Source: Eubacteriales bacterium (GTDB lineage: Bacteria; Bacillota; Clostridia; Oscillospirales; CAG-272). From it: a DNA stretch of 64,000 nt. Below, in pieces: positions 6,994 to 14,874 of this stretch (within the stretch, counting starts at the first letter, position 1; every line of letters begins with the position of its first letter). The stretch lies in assembly GCA_045538895.1 (NCBI GenBank), contig JAZQEH010000028.1, positions 1,882 through 65,881 on the forward strand, given 5' to 3'. The notes under the pieces were generated by a model that saw only the letters and a list, made by a program, of their open reading frames with translations, was not told the origin of the DNA and did no database searches. The translations under genes were made by a program, and so were the position numbers.

Positions 6994-9174
6994 TTATTTG
7001 TAACAAGCATTTATAATATATCCACCGCATGCCGCAGAATCTTTTGATTTTATCTCCACATAGACGGTATCCCCCGCTGCAACAGAGAACGTTTTTGTAC
7101 CCGACTCCTCGTTTTCAACCCAGGTAGTGGACGTAATCGTACCGCCGTCAGGCTTGCTTAAACTAATCTCCACGGTTGCTCCTACGTCTATATTATGAAA
7201 ATCCAAAATACATTTGCCGTCTTGGTCGAATGTGTAAGCATACCAATCACTTACGGTAGTATCAAGAACTCCGCTATGCGGTGTGGAGAGGTCAAGCAAT
7301 ACCGCATTTTCCTTATTCCAACCGGCATCACAGATATGCTCTGTAACAGAAAGCAGATAGTCGCCTTTGGCACTTGTCGTATTCTCTACGGAAATCTTGA
7401 TAAAGATTTCCTGTCCCTTGTCAAGACAAACGTCTATAAAGCCGTCTTTAGTATACTCTACGGAAAAATTCTTTATTTTAATACCGTTGGCATTATATAA
7501 AGCAAGTGCAGTTCTGCCATTCACGGGATTTTCATTTATCTGCGAATCAACGTAAAAGCGGTAAATTGAGTCGTTCTCTGTCGTCATAACCTTGAACCAC
7601 TCGTTTATGCCGTCCGTTTCGATAGTTTTTATGTACTCGGTGCCAAGCTCAAGAGAAACTGCATCTTCACGTGAAATACCGCTGTCCAACTGACGCTCCT
7701 CTACAGAAAAACTGTACGGTGCAGGGGCATTACCCCAAAACTTTATCCAATAGTTTTCTTCACTTTCGGATACAAAAGATAATGAAAGTTCCTCTGTTAT
7801 TGACTGCTTATCGGCAACAACGTCATACTTTGAATTATATACGGTTACACGTTTGGAAGTGGTCATATGTGCGTAATCTTCAAAAGAAAAATCAAGCACT
7901 ACAATTCTTTTGTCCTCCACCGTCGAAAACGAATACCATTCTTCAAAGGTTACACGCTCGCCGATAGGCTCTTTACTTACATTATACGTAGTATTTGTCT
8001 GCATCTGTGTCGCTGTATCCTTTGTCGCACCTCCGGCAAAAGGCTTCGGCTCGTCCGAAACATAGGTTGTGGTTTCGACAGGCACGGTTGTTTCAACGGG
8101 TTCGGTTGTTTCCGCTGCGGTTGTTTCCACTGCGGTTGTTTCCGCAGTAGTTGTTTCTGCAGCTGTTGTTTCCGTTGCCGTTGTTTCCACTGCGGTTGTT
8201 TCCACTGCGGTTGTTTCTGCAGCGGTTGTTTCAACGGGGATAACCGGTTCATCTTCGGTGGTTGTCGAGAGAACATATTCGTTGGCAGTTGTGGTTATAG
8301 CCGCTTCTGCAACATCGCTTTCATACGGCTCTTCCTCTGCATTTGTCCTTACAAAACGGCTTGCTAAAAAAGCACCGGACACAAGTGCTGCTGCAAGCAA
8401 CACCAACGCAATCGCTTTGCGGAAAAAGGCACCACCGTGTACGTGCTCTTCCAAGGCTTTCTTCAATGCGTCTACGTTTGCGTATCTGTCCTTCGGGTCA
8501 AACTCAAGGCACTTTTTTATAATATTTTTGAGTTTTCCGCTATAAACCATTTTGTGCTCTGCCGAAAGACTCTTGCCGCTCAGCATTTTATGCATCGTAA
8601 CGCCAAGGCAGTATATATCCGTCCTCGGCTCAGACTGACCGTAACCGAAATGCTCGGGAGAGGCATATTCCTCCGTGCCGAACAAAACTGTATTCTGTCT
8701 GTTTCCTTTTTTATACGTCCTTGAAATATCGAAGTCGAAAAGCTTTACGTTTCCGTCCTCTTCAATCATAATGTTCGACGGGTTGATATCATTATGTACT
8801 ATTGGCGGCTGCATTGCATGAACCTCTTTCAACGCATTGCATACCCCTATAATAATCCTCGCCGTTTCTTTCTCCGAAAAAGTACTCTTTTCCATGATTT
8901 CTTCAACCGTTTTTCCGCATACGTTTTCTTCAAGAATATATGTGTCCCCGTTTGCGTAAACATAATCATAGACAACAACGGTATTTGGATTCCGGATTTT
9001 TTGCAAAGCCATGCAAACGGCAGTCAAATCACGCTTCTTGCAGATTCTTAAAATGCAGGAGGCCTTTTTAAGCTCATAAAAAACAATACTTATTTTTGTT
9101 TTGTCGGTTTCTTTCACGTCCTCAATATGCTTAAGTTGGGACATAAAGAACTCAAACTTTATATTATTATCCAT
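6994..9174 (-). CDS. Membrane Ser/Thr-kinase-like protein (probable pseudokinase) with Thr-rich stalk and three PPC-like extracellular repeats
   Basis: Kinase-fold motifs HNDINPSN, DFD and SPE. One TM helix (AIALVLLAAALVSGAFLA). An (ETTAx)n linker. Three repeats with the W[YF]x[FV] signature of pre-peptidase C-terminal type beta-sandwiches. Confidence 0.8.
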   Translation of the reverse strand: MDNNIKFEFFMSQLKHIEDVKETDKTKISIVFYELKKASCILRICKKRDLTAVCMALQKIRNPNTVVVYDYVYANGDTYILEENVCGKTVEEIMEKSTFSEKETARIIIGVCNALKEVHAMQPPIVHNDINPSNIMIEEDGNVKLFDFDISRTYKKGNRQNTVLFGTEEYASPEHFGYGQSEPRTDIYCLGVTMHKMLSGKSLSAEHKMVYSGKLKNIIKKCLEFDPKDRYANVDALKKALEEHVHGGAFFRKAIALVLLAAALVSGAFLASRFVRTNAEEEPYESDVAEAAITTTANEYVLSTTTEDEPVIPVETTAAETTAVETTAVETTATETTAAETTTAETTAVETTAAETTEPVETTVPVETTTYVSDEPKPFAGGATKDTATQMQTNTTYNVSKEPIGERVTFEEWYSFSTVEDKRIVVLDFSFEDYAHMTTSKRVTVYNSKYDVVADKQSITEELSLSFVSESEENYWIKFWGNAPAPYSFSVEERQLDSGISREDAVSLELGTEYIKTIETDGINEWFKVMTTENDSIYRFYVDSQINENPVNGRTALALYNANGIKIKNFSVEYTKDGFIDVCLDKGQEIFIKISVENTTSAKGDYLLSVTEHICDAGWNKENAVLLDLSTPHSGVLDTTVSDWYAYTFDQDGKCILDFHNIDVGATVEISLSKPDGGTITSTTWVENEESGTKTFSVAAGDTVYVEIKSKDSAACGGYIINACYK
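8085..8240. repeat. 15-bp in-frame tandem repeat (ETTAx) in the kinase stalk
   Basis: gcggttgtttccact-like unit iterated about 10 times. Encodes ETTAAETTAVETTAVETTATETTAAETT... Confidence 0.85.
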
Positions 9175-9183
9175 TTTCCAAAA

Positions 9184-9609
9184 TCAAAGCAAGTTGTGGT
9201 CGCTTATACCCTCACTCTCAAGCAGCTCGACAATTTCTTCGAGTTTCTTTTTGTTTTTCAAACCGAACATTATAATGGCATCTGTCTTGTCTTTTGCGTA
9301 TAGCTCCTTATGTCTTGCGAGTTTAAGCAACTCGTTCAGCTCTTCATAGGTTGCACCGAGCGTAAACACCATTATAATTATGTGATTTCTTGTCGGGCGG
9401 CGTGTCCCGTTTACAATCGCATAAAACGTAGATTTTGCAATTCCTGACTCGGTTTGCACCTGCGAAAGCGTTTTACCGTATTTTTCGCACAGTTCAAATA
9501 CCCTTGTATTGAATATATCTTTCGGGATTTCCTGCAAAACAGCCTGCATTTCGTCCCACGTTTTTGCTTTGTCTATTCTGTTTTCAAGTTCATGCGTAGA
9601 AATAGCCAT
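9184..9609 (-). CDS. XRE-type helix-turn-helix protein
   Basis: SQVQTESGIAKSTFYAIVNGTRRPTRNHII is an HTH_3-like motif. Start set to ATG 9609 (GAAAGGGA upstream), because the track start at 9762 would overlap apbE and the terminator/promoter at 9643-9700. Confidence 0.65.
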   Translation of the reverse strand: MAISTHELENRIDKAKTWDEMQAVLQEIPKDIFNTRVFELCEKYGKTLSQVQTESGIAKSTFYAIVNGTRRPTRNHIIIMVFTLGATYEELNELLKLARHKELYAKDKTDAIIMFGLKNKKKLEEIVELLESEGISDHNLL

Positions 9610-9642
9610 TTGAAAATCCCTTTCGTAAATCATGTTGGTTTC

Positions 9643-9671
9643 ATTATACGATAGAATTATACAAAAAGCAA
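9643..9671 (-). promoter_or_regulatory. Sigma-A promoter for the HTH-kinase genes
   Basis: Minus strand reads TTGCTT-17 nt-TATAAT. The -35 lies inside the descending arm and U-tract of the apbE terminator. Confidence 0.55.
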
Positions 9672-9700
9672 GCAAATGCTTTGGCATTTGCTTGCTTTTT
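9663..9700 (-). terminator. Rho-independent terminator after apbE
   Basis: 17-bp perfect stem aaaaagcaagcaaatgc / gcatttgcttgcttttt with a 4-nt loop and a T-run on the minus strand. Confidence 0.8.
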
Positions 9701-9701
9701 A

Positions 9702-10733
9702 CTATTTCAAATAACCCTCGAAGCCCTCGGAATACCTTATTTCGCCGCTTGGCAGTACCCACATAGCCTCGGTGTCGGGCAATGATTCAATCAAAGCCTT
9801 TCCCTCTTCAAAGCTAAGACAAAACAATGCGGTGGAAAGTGCATCACCGATATCGGAGCCTTGTGCAAGCACAGTAACCGAACGGAAATTCTCTCCGGGC
9901 ATAAGCGTGTCGGGGTCAATTATATGGTGGTATGCCTTGCCGTCAACATAATAATAGCGCTGATATGAGCCGCTTGTAACAATAGCCTCATTATCGGCAC
10001 CGACTATTGCAAGAAATGCATCGTCCTCTCCGGTTTTATCAGGGTTTTCGATACCCACCGACCACTTTGTACCGTCGGGGCGGGGACCGACTGCACGGAC
10101 GTTTCCGCCAACGTTAAGAAGATATCCGCTTATTCCCTCTTTTTCGAGAGCCTTTGCAACCATCTCAACCGCATAACCTTTAGCAACCGCACCCACATCA
10201 AGCTGTATACCGTCAAGCAACGTAACGGTGTTGTTTTCTTCGTCAATTACAAGCTTTTCAATATCTGTATGAAGCGAGGCCTCTTTAAGCTTATCCATAT
10301 CGGGAAGCTTTGCACTTTCAGGGTGTTTTTCACCGTGAGTACGCTCATCATGCCACAGCGAAAGCACTCTGCCCATTGCGACGTTGGTTTTACTGTCGGT
10401 TGCATAATAGGTTTCCTTTGCAAAAAGGAGCATGTCTATTATTCTTTCGTCAACTTCAATGGCACCGCTTGCACGGTTTACGGTATGCAGATTTGTGATG
10501 CCATCGTAACTGTTATAGATGTTATAAAGACGGTGATACTCGTAAAGTTGCTCACATACGTCGGTACAAACCGCATCAAATTTTTCTTTGCTTTCCGCAT
10601 ATCCGACTATCGTTGTTGCAGTATCAAAATAGTCAAAATAGTATGCCGTAAACTTTTGTTTCTCACCTTCCACATCTGCACTGCACGATGAAAAGAGGAA
10701 AAGCAAGGCAATAAAAACTAAAAATCTTTTCAT
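9702..10733 (-). CDS. apbE: FAD:protein FMN transferase (ApbE family) lipoprotein
   Basis: Lipobox LFSSC. ApbE motifs FDTATTI, GAVAKGYA, TSGSYQRYY and HHIIDPDT. Confidence 0.9.
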   Translation of the reverse strand: MKRFLVFIALLFLFSSCSADVEGEKQKFTAYYFDYFDTATTIVGYAESKEKFDAVCTDVCEQLYEYHRLYNIYNSYDGITNLHTVNRASGAIEVDERIIDMLLFAKETYYATDSKTNVAMGRVLSLWHDERTHGEKHPESAKLPDMDKLKEASLHTDIEKLVIDEENNTVTLLDGIQLDVGAVAKGYAVEMVAKALEKEGISGYLLNVGGNVRAVGPRPDGTKWSVGIENPDKTGEDDAFLAIVGADNEAIVTSGSYQRYYYVDGKAYHHIIDPDTLMPGENFRSVTVLAQGSDIGDALSTALFCLSFEEGKALIESLPDTEAMWVLPSGEIRYSEGFEGYLK

Positions 10734-10744
10734 TTTCTTTTTAG

Positions 10745-10771
10745 AAAAGGGATGCTGAACGCATCCCTTTT
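10745..10771 (-). terminator. Stem-loop between the lipoprotein gene and apbE (terminator/attenuator)
   Basis: 11-bp stem aaaagggatgc / gcatccctttt starting 5 nt after the stop at 10776. Only 11 nt remain before the apbE ATG. Confidence 0.5.
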
Positions 10772-10775
10772 TAGT

Positions 10776-11843
10776 TTATTTTGCAGCCTTAACGATTGCC
10801 GCTGCGATGTCGGCAACACCCATAGTGCAGCCTGCGGTCTGGATTTCTTCAACAGCCTGATATCCGTTAACTACGAGAGCCGCAATTTCATCAGCGGTCT
10901 TACCGAGGCATGCAGCATTGAAAGCATCTGCCTGAGCATACCACTCAAGAACCTTGCCGTCGCCGTTCAGGTCATTGCCGTATGCTGCCATACCGTAAGC
11001 ATCGCCCTTTTCAAGCTTTGTTACGATTTCAGCAGAAGTATCGGTAGCAGAAGCACCGTTTGCGTCAAATGCAAAGCTTACAGCAGCAACGTCAACTTCA
11101 CATGCGGTAACCTTGCCGTCAGCCACAGCAACACCTGCTGCGTTGATTTCAAGCTCGATTGTACCGTTTGCTTCAGCAGTTGCATCCTTTGCATCTACTG
11201 CAGTTGCAACGGAAACCTTAACGGAATCGGTTGCAGAAGCTTCACAAGCAGCTGCATTAAGAACTGCCTTTTCAACAGCCTTGATGTAGTCACCAACACC
11301 CATGGTGCAACCTGCGGTCTGAACGTCCTCTACTGCCTGATAGCCGTTAACTACAAGAGCCTTAGCTTCATCAAGCGTCTTACCAACGATTGCGTTTTCA
11401 AAAATGTCGATCTGCTCGTTCCATTCAAGAACCTTGCCGTCACCGTTGAGGTCATTACCGTATGCAGCCATACCGTAAGCGGTGCCAAGCTCAGCCTTGG
11501 TCTTGAACTCGTCTGCTACAGTAGCAACACCTGCAGAAGTATATCCTACAGAAATGTCTGCACAGTCGATATCGCACTTAAGAATCTTGCCGTTTTCGTC
11601 AATGAGAACTGCCGCAACAGTTGCGGTAACCTCACCCTTACCGTTGCTTTCGCCGTCAGCATTTGTTACTTCGCCGTAAGTGGTGTAAACACCCATACCG
11701 AAGTTAACAACGGTAGCTTCTTCTCCACCGGAAACACTGTCGGTTGTAACAACACTGCCGGTTGTTTCAGCAACATCACCGCAAGCGGTAAATGCGCAAA
11801 GTGCCATAAGCACTACAAGGATCATGCTAATAATCTTTTTCAT
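10776..11843 (-). CDS. Lipoprotein with two FMN_bind-like domains (PplA-like candidate flavoprotein)
   Basis: Lipobox AFTAC. Internal duplication: AYGMAAYGNDLNGDGKVLEW...VVNGYQAVE[DE][VI]QTAGCTMGV occurs twice. Start set to ATG 11843 after GAGGAG. Confidence 0.7.
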   Translation of the reverse strand: MKKIISMILVVLMALCAFTACGDVAETTGSVVTTDSVSGGEEATVVNFGMGVYTTYGEVTNADGESNGKGEVTATVAAVLIDENGKILKCDIDCADISVGYTSAGVATVADEFKTKAELGTAYGMAAYGNDLNGDGKVLEWNEQIDIFENAIVGKTLDEAKALVVNGYQAVEDVQTAGCTMGVGDYIKAVEKAVLNAAACEASATDSVKVSVATAVDAKDATAEANGTIELEINAAGVAVADGKVTACEVDVAAVSFAFDANGASATDTSAEIVTKLEKGDAYGMAAYGNDLNGDGKVLEWYAQADAFNAACLGKTADEIAALVVNGYQAVEEIQTAGCTMGVADIAAAIVKAAK

Positions 11844-11898
11844 AAGTTTTCTCCTCAATGAAATTTTCACCTTATTATTACATATGATATAACGTTTG

Positions 11899-12396
11899 TC
11901 AATACTTTGACAATCTTTTTATTATAAAAAACGAAGCAAGCCCGATAAAAACGCCTGCGAGAGTTCCGCTGATTGCAAGTATAAACATATAATATCCTAT
12001 TTCTACGGTTTCAAGCAGACAAATTGCAACCAAGATCTGACCGAGATTGTGCATTACTCCGCCGACAACGCTGATACCAACCGTTGAAAAGGCATTGCTC
12101 TTTTTCATCAAAGCCATTGCAAGAAGACTTAAACCCGCTCCCGCAAGGCTATATATAAAGGTTGACGGATTAAAAAGTAATGCCGAAACAGTCAGCCTTA
12201 TAAAAGAAACCGCTGCCGCACTTTTTACGCCTAAAGTATACAGTGCCAGAATTATAACTATGTTCGGCAGTCCCACCTTTATACCCGGAACTGCGGAATA
12301 TATAGGCGGAAGCAGCATTTCTACATACGAAAGTATAATTGCTGCAGTAGCGAGTACCCCTGCGTACGTTATTCTTTTTACCTTTTTATTCATCAT
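11899..12396 (-). CDS. Gx transporter family membrane protein (heptaprenyl diphosphate synthase component I-like)
   Basis: 165 aa, five hydrophobic helices. Family-typical ITYAGVLATAAIILSYVE...GLPNIVIILALY. Confidence 0.7.
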   Translation of the reverse strand: MMNKKVKRITYAGVLATAAIILSYVEMLLPPIYSAVPGIKVGLPNIVIILALYTLGVKSAAAVSFIRLTVSALLFNPSTFIYSLAGAGLSLLAMALMKKSNAFSTVGISVVGGVMHNLGQILVAICLLETVEIGYYMFILAISGTLAGVFIGLASFFIIKRLSKY

Positions 12397-12764
12397 GCCA
12401 CCATATCAATACCGCCCGTTACGGCTTTATCCGTCCTTATCGCAATCACTACACCGTTAGGAAGACAAACTATTGTTTCGCCAACCTTTGATATCGGTGC
12501 ATGGTCAACACAGATTCCGTCGGGGCAGGATGCACTTTTTACATCGGCTTTACCGTTGCTTATTACAAGTGTATTTGTACCGCCCGCAGTTTCTATAAGA
12601 TACTCCGTATCCTGTGAAAGCTGAAAACGTGCGACCTCTTTACCGTCAATCAGCACAACGGCAAAGTCACCTGACGGTTGAATTGATTTGTATAGCAGAA
12701 GTCCTGCTACCGATAGAAGTAACAGGACAACCACAAGAACAATATCGTTTCTTTTTTTTGACAT
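12393..12764 (-). CDS. NusG domain II-containing membrane-anchored protein
   Basis: N-terminal TM helix, then VVLIDGKEVARF...NTLVISNGKADVKSASCPDGICV...TIVCLPNGVVI. Start set to ATG 12764 (GAGG upstream), 2 nt after the rnfB stop. Confidence 0.7.
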   Translation of the reverse strand: MSKKRNDIVLVVVLLLLSVAGLLLYKSIQPSGDFAVVLIDGKEVARFQLSQDTEYLIETAGGTNTLVISNGKADVKSASCPDGICVDHAPISKVGETIVCLPNGVVIAIRTDKAVTGGIDMVA

Positions 12765-12765
12765 A

Positions 12766-13578
12766 TTATGCCTCAAAATTAACGTTAGTAATACAATGTA
12801 CGGGGCAGTTTTCTACGCAAGTGCCGCATGCAGTACATTTATCATAGTCGATTTTTGCAAGGTTATTTGTAACGGTAATTGCCTTTTCGGGGCAATTAAG
12901 TTCGCACTTTTTGCAAGCGATACAAGCATTTTTGCAATTCTTCCTTGCAACTGCACCCTTTTCGGGATTGTTGCAAAGCACAACCTGCTTAGAAGTAACG
13001 GGAACGAGCGTAATAACTCCCTTAGGACAAGTTTTAGCACATTTGCCGCAACCTATACAAAGTCTTGAGTCAACACGTGCAACACCGTCAACTATACAGA
13101 TAGCATCGGAGAAGCAGACGTCGGCACAATCACCGCAGCCGATACAGCCGTAGTTGCACGCATTTGCACCGCCGTAAAGCACGGTTGCCGCAAAGCATGA
13201 TTTGATACCGTCATATATAGCCTTTTTAGGTGCGGCGTCACACGTGCCGTTACAATGCACAACTGCAACGCTCTTTTCCTTGAGTTCGCCCTCAACGACT
13301 GCAACGCCTAAGATTTCCGATATCTGCTCAACAACGCCTTGAGCACCGGGAATACAGAGATTTGTTTTTACGCCGTCATTTACAAGCGCCTTTGCATAGG
13401 AATCACAGCCTGCAAAGCCGCAAGCACCGCAGTTTGCACCCGGCAGACATGCACGGATTTTACTTTCACGCTCGTCAACCTTAACCGCAAAAAAGCGGGA
13501 AGCAAGCACCAGTACAATAGCAGCGATAAGCCCAATCACCGCAACGACAAGGAGTGCTGTCAAAATATCAATAATCAT
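12766..13578 (-). CDS. rnfB: Rnf complex subunit B (polyferredoxin)
   Basis: N-terminal TM helix, CGACGFAGC cluster and several CxxCxxCxxxCP 4Fe-4S motifs. Start set to ATG 13578 after AAGGAGGG; the track extension overlaps rnfA. Confidence 0.9.
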   Translation of the reverse strand: MIIDILTALLVVAVIGLIAAIVLVLASRFFAVKVDERESKIRACLPGANCGACGFAGCDSYAKALVNDGVKTNLCIPGAQGVVEQISEILGVAVVEGELKEKSVAVVHCNGTCDAAPKKAIYDGIKSCFAATVLYGGANACNYGCIGCGDCADVCFSDAICIVDGVARVDSRLCIGCGKCAKTCPKGVITLVPVTSKQVVLCNNPEKGAVARKNCKNACIACKKCELNCPEKAITVTNNLAKIDYDKCTACGTCVENCPVHCITNVNFEA

Positions 13579-13591
13579 TTCATGCCCTCCT

Positions 13592-14191
13592 TTATGCAAA
13601 CAGATTCTCAATAATTCCGGCAAAACCGAAGAATGCAAGAGAAACGAACGATGCCGCGATAAGTGTTACGGGAAGTCCTTTAAGGCTTTCGGGAACCGCA
13701 CTTTCGTCAATGTATCTGCGGATACCCGAGAACATTACCATCGCAAGCAAGAAGCCAAGACCGCAACCGAGAGAAGAAACCATGGATTCAAGGAAGGTAT
13801 AGCCGTCATTGATATTGTTGATGGTTACACCGAGAACCGCACAGTTGGTTGTGATAAGCGGCAGATATACACCGAGGCTCTTGTGGAGTGACGGAATAAA
13901 CTTCTTGAGAAGGATTTCTACGAACTGTACAAGCGAAGCGATAACGAGGATAAATACTATCGTCTGGAGATATCCGAGCCCGTTTGCATCAAGTACAAAT
14001 TTCTGGATAGGATATGTAACGGCAGTAGCCATAAGCATAACAAAGGTTACCGCAATACCCATACCGGTTGCCTGGTCAAGTTTTTTGGAAACGCCAAGGA
14101 AGGGACAGATTCCAAGGAAGCGGCTGAGTACGTAGTTATTAACAAGTACCGAGCCCATGAGGATGATAATAAGTGACTTGAAAGTATCCAT
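13592..14191 (-). CDS. rnfA: Rnf complex subunit A
   Basis: VNNYVLSRFLGICPFLGVS signature. Six-helix membrane protein. Confidence 0.9.
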   Translation of the reverse strand: MDTFKSLIIILMGSVLVNNYVLSRFLGICPFLGVSKKLDQATGMGIAVTFVMLMATAVTYPIQKFVLDANGLGYLQTIVFILVIASLVQFVEILLKKFIPSLHKSLGVYLPLITTNCAVLGVTINNINDGYTFLESMVSSLGCGLGFLLAMVMFSGIRRYIDESAVPESLKGLPVTLIAASFVSLAFFGFAGIIENLFA

Positions 14192-14874
14192 TATTTATCC
14201 TCCTTTGCCTGTGCACAACCGCCGTGACATACAGATGCGGTGGGACAGCCTGCACATGAAAATTCTTTCTTTTTAATAATTTTACCGTGGGTAAGCTTAT
14301 TTACAACGGCAATCATAATGCCGTAAACAAGCAGACCGCCGGGTGCTTTTGTCATAATTGCAATGGGGTGAGTTGACAAAACGGGAATCGGGATACCTGC
14401 AAACGAGCCTGCACCGAGCACCTCGCGGACAGTTGCGATAGAGAGGAGTGCAAGCACAAATCCGATACCCATACCGATACCGTCAAGTGCCGACTTGCCA
14501 ACTGTGTTCTTACCTGCAAACATCTCTGCTCTGCCTAAGATTATACAGTTAACGGTGATAAGTGCAAGGTAAACGCCGAGCATTTCATAAAGGTCGGGCA
14601 GAAACGCATGCATAAACATCTCAACCATTGTTACAAAGCCTGCAATTACAACGATGTAACAAGGAATACGTACTTCATCGGGAATAAGCTTGCGGAGAAG
14701 CGAAATGAATACGTTTGAACAAATGAGAACCGCCATGGTTGCAAAGCCCATTGCGATTGCACTTATTACAGAAGTGGTAGTCGCAAGAGTGGGACAGGTG
14801 CCGAGAATGAGAACAAAAACAGGGTTCTCACGGAGAATGCCTTTAAAAAGCACCGAAAGATTATTCTGCTTCAT
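14191..14874 (-). CDS. rnfE: Rnf complex subunit E (with Cys-rich C-terminal tail)
   Basis: ENPVFVLILGTCPTLATTT signature. C-terminal tail is FSCAGCPTASVCHGGCAQ. Confidence 0.9.
   Translation of the reverse strand: MKQNNLSVLFKGILRENPVFVLILGTCPTLATTTSVISAIAMGFATMAVLICSNVFISLLRKLIPDEVRIPCYIVVIAGFVTMVEMFMHAFLPDLYEMLGVYLALITVNCIILGRAEMFAGKNTVGKSALDGIGMGIGFVLALLSIATVREVLGAGSFAGIPIPVLSTHPIAIMTKAPGGLLVYGIMIAVVNKLTHGKIIKKKEFSCAGCPTASVCHGGCAQAKEDK

Noticed and set aside
6559-9609. Prophage or mobile-element fragment, suggested by the Mor-like and XRE-like genes
   Set aside because: There is no integrase, recombinase, capsid, terminase or transposase gene, no flanking att-like repeats, and no compositional break that I could see. 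The genes are embedded in ordinary operon structure.
10752-11861. 369-aa + strand ORF, a near-perfect antisense mirror of the 10776-11870 lipoprotein ORF
   Set aside because: The translation is Cys/Ser/Asn-rich with no start context, signal or motif. The minus-strand frame has an SD, a lipobox and a clean internal duplication.

Similar long antisense shadow ORFs were rejected for the same reason: 403-1923, 25543-26358, 27795-28739, 38820-39827, 44952-45731, 57780-59963, 60150-60878 and 61400-62209.
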